Source of the DNA: Lingula anatina
Lineage: Eukaryota > Animalia > Brachiopoda
NCBI GenBank assembly: GCA_051362555.1
Contig: CM120640.1
Coordinates: forward strand, 16,926,001-16,990,000
Direction: 5' to 3'
Length of the DNA: 64,000 nt
Positions 62,988-64,000 of this stretch are shown one piece after another. A model generated the notes under the pieces. That model searched no databases and was not told the origin of the DNA. It was given only the letters and a program-made list of their open reading frames with translations. Positions within the stretch are counted from its first letter, which is position 1; each line of letters opens with the position of its first letter. Made by a program: the position numbers and the translations under genes.

Positions 62988-64000
62988 GTACAACTACATG
63001 TAACTATAATTATATTCTGGATAAATGTTTTTAACGTATCTACAGGTACATGTATGTATCCACCTGGGTGGATGAAAAAAAAGGCAATATAAATGTAATT
63101 TTAAATGAGTATGCTATTAACCAATTACAAGGTGTATGAATACTCCTAGCTTAGTTAGGACGATTGTACCAAGTTACTATTACTACTACTCAATACAAAA
63201 AATATATTGTCACACACGTTTTTTAACAGTCAAACACCCTGTCTGTGAAAATACAATTAGAGAGCTCTCTTATATAAGTTTTATGCCATCTACATACATG
63301 TACCAATACCATTATACAAACAGACATATCGACTCACTACTCCAAATTCTGAAATAAACGACACATGGTAAAATGACTCCCTTCAACCCAGGATTACAAT
63401 TTGTATTCCAAGCATAAAGCATTCTCAAATATTGGTTTAATACTCTAAAGTTGGCTATTATGAAAATTAAAATGGTTTACCTAAAAAAATGACCGTCCAT
63501 ACAACCAGGAAGTCTTTCGTCGTTCAACGTCTACAGTATATCGTCTAATAAAACAGCCCCTCAGAGGGTTTGGTAAATATCAATTTTTTTCTTTCTTTCT
63601 TTTCTTTTTTTAGCTATATCCCAAACACGTACCTTAATTTTGCCAAAATTAATACCGCACAAATGAACAATTGTTACTAAATAATATAAATATTATACAT
63701 GTTGTATCCTACAGACAGTCGGCACCACAAATGTACAGATGATATATTATGAAAGTGTCATCATGTCTACACGTCATTTACATGGCGGAAATCTATACCT
63801 AATGACCCGAACACCAAGTATATATGTCGACAACAGGATATAGTACTTGTGCTTGTATTATGTTGAGTATACTAAGTACAGTGTAGCTATATCAAATAAA
63901 GCAGTAAAATTATTATCTATCAAAATACAAGAAATGTAAATGGGGCATATCCTGAATATATAATATGCATGAAATGATAAAGTCATTGTCCATCACTACC

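Noticed and set aside
55141-63357. Many 60-130 aa ORFs in the first PTP intron and upstream region
   Set aside because: AT-rich low-complexity translations without domain motifs or consistent splice structure.

Overview
AT-rich, intron-rich animal genomic DNA that looks invertebrate (possibly lophotrochozoan; the taxon cannot be fixed from sequence). Exons were assembled by hand from splice sites and reading phase. Five protein genes: (1) the 3' part of a gp130/Domeless-type class I cytokine receptor with a ~720-aa tyrosine-rich tail (+, 276-7316); (2) a complete tandem paralog with Ig, cytokine-binding module, 3 FN3, TM and a ~115-aa tail (+, 9034-23981); (3) TMEM69 (-); (4) a vasculin/GPBP1-family gene (+), head-to-head with TMEM69; (5) a receptor tyrosine phosphatase (-, 40575-60759) with EGF, two F-type lectin domains, EGF, FN3, TM, an intact D1 and a degenerate D2. 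An intron of receptor 2 holds a Ty3/Gypsy retrotransposon with identical 102-bp LTRs, itself split by a 1.9-kb TA-duplicating TIR element. Also present: several MITEs with 3-bp TSDs, a Helentron-type non-autonomous element and a decayed Academ-like remnant. The best candidates for new biology are the long-tail/short-tail receptor pair, the putative fucose-binding receptor phosphatase, and the apparently ancient cytokine receptor-TMEM69-GPBP1 linkage. No database search was run.
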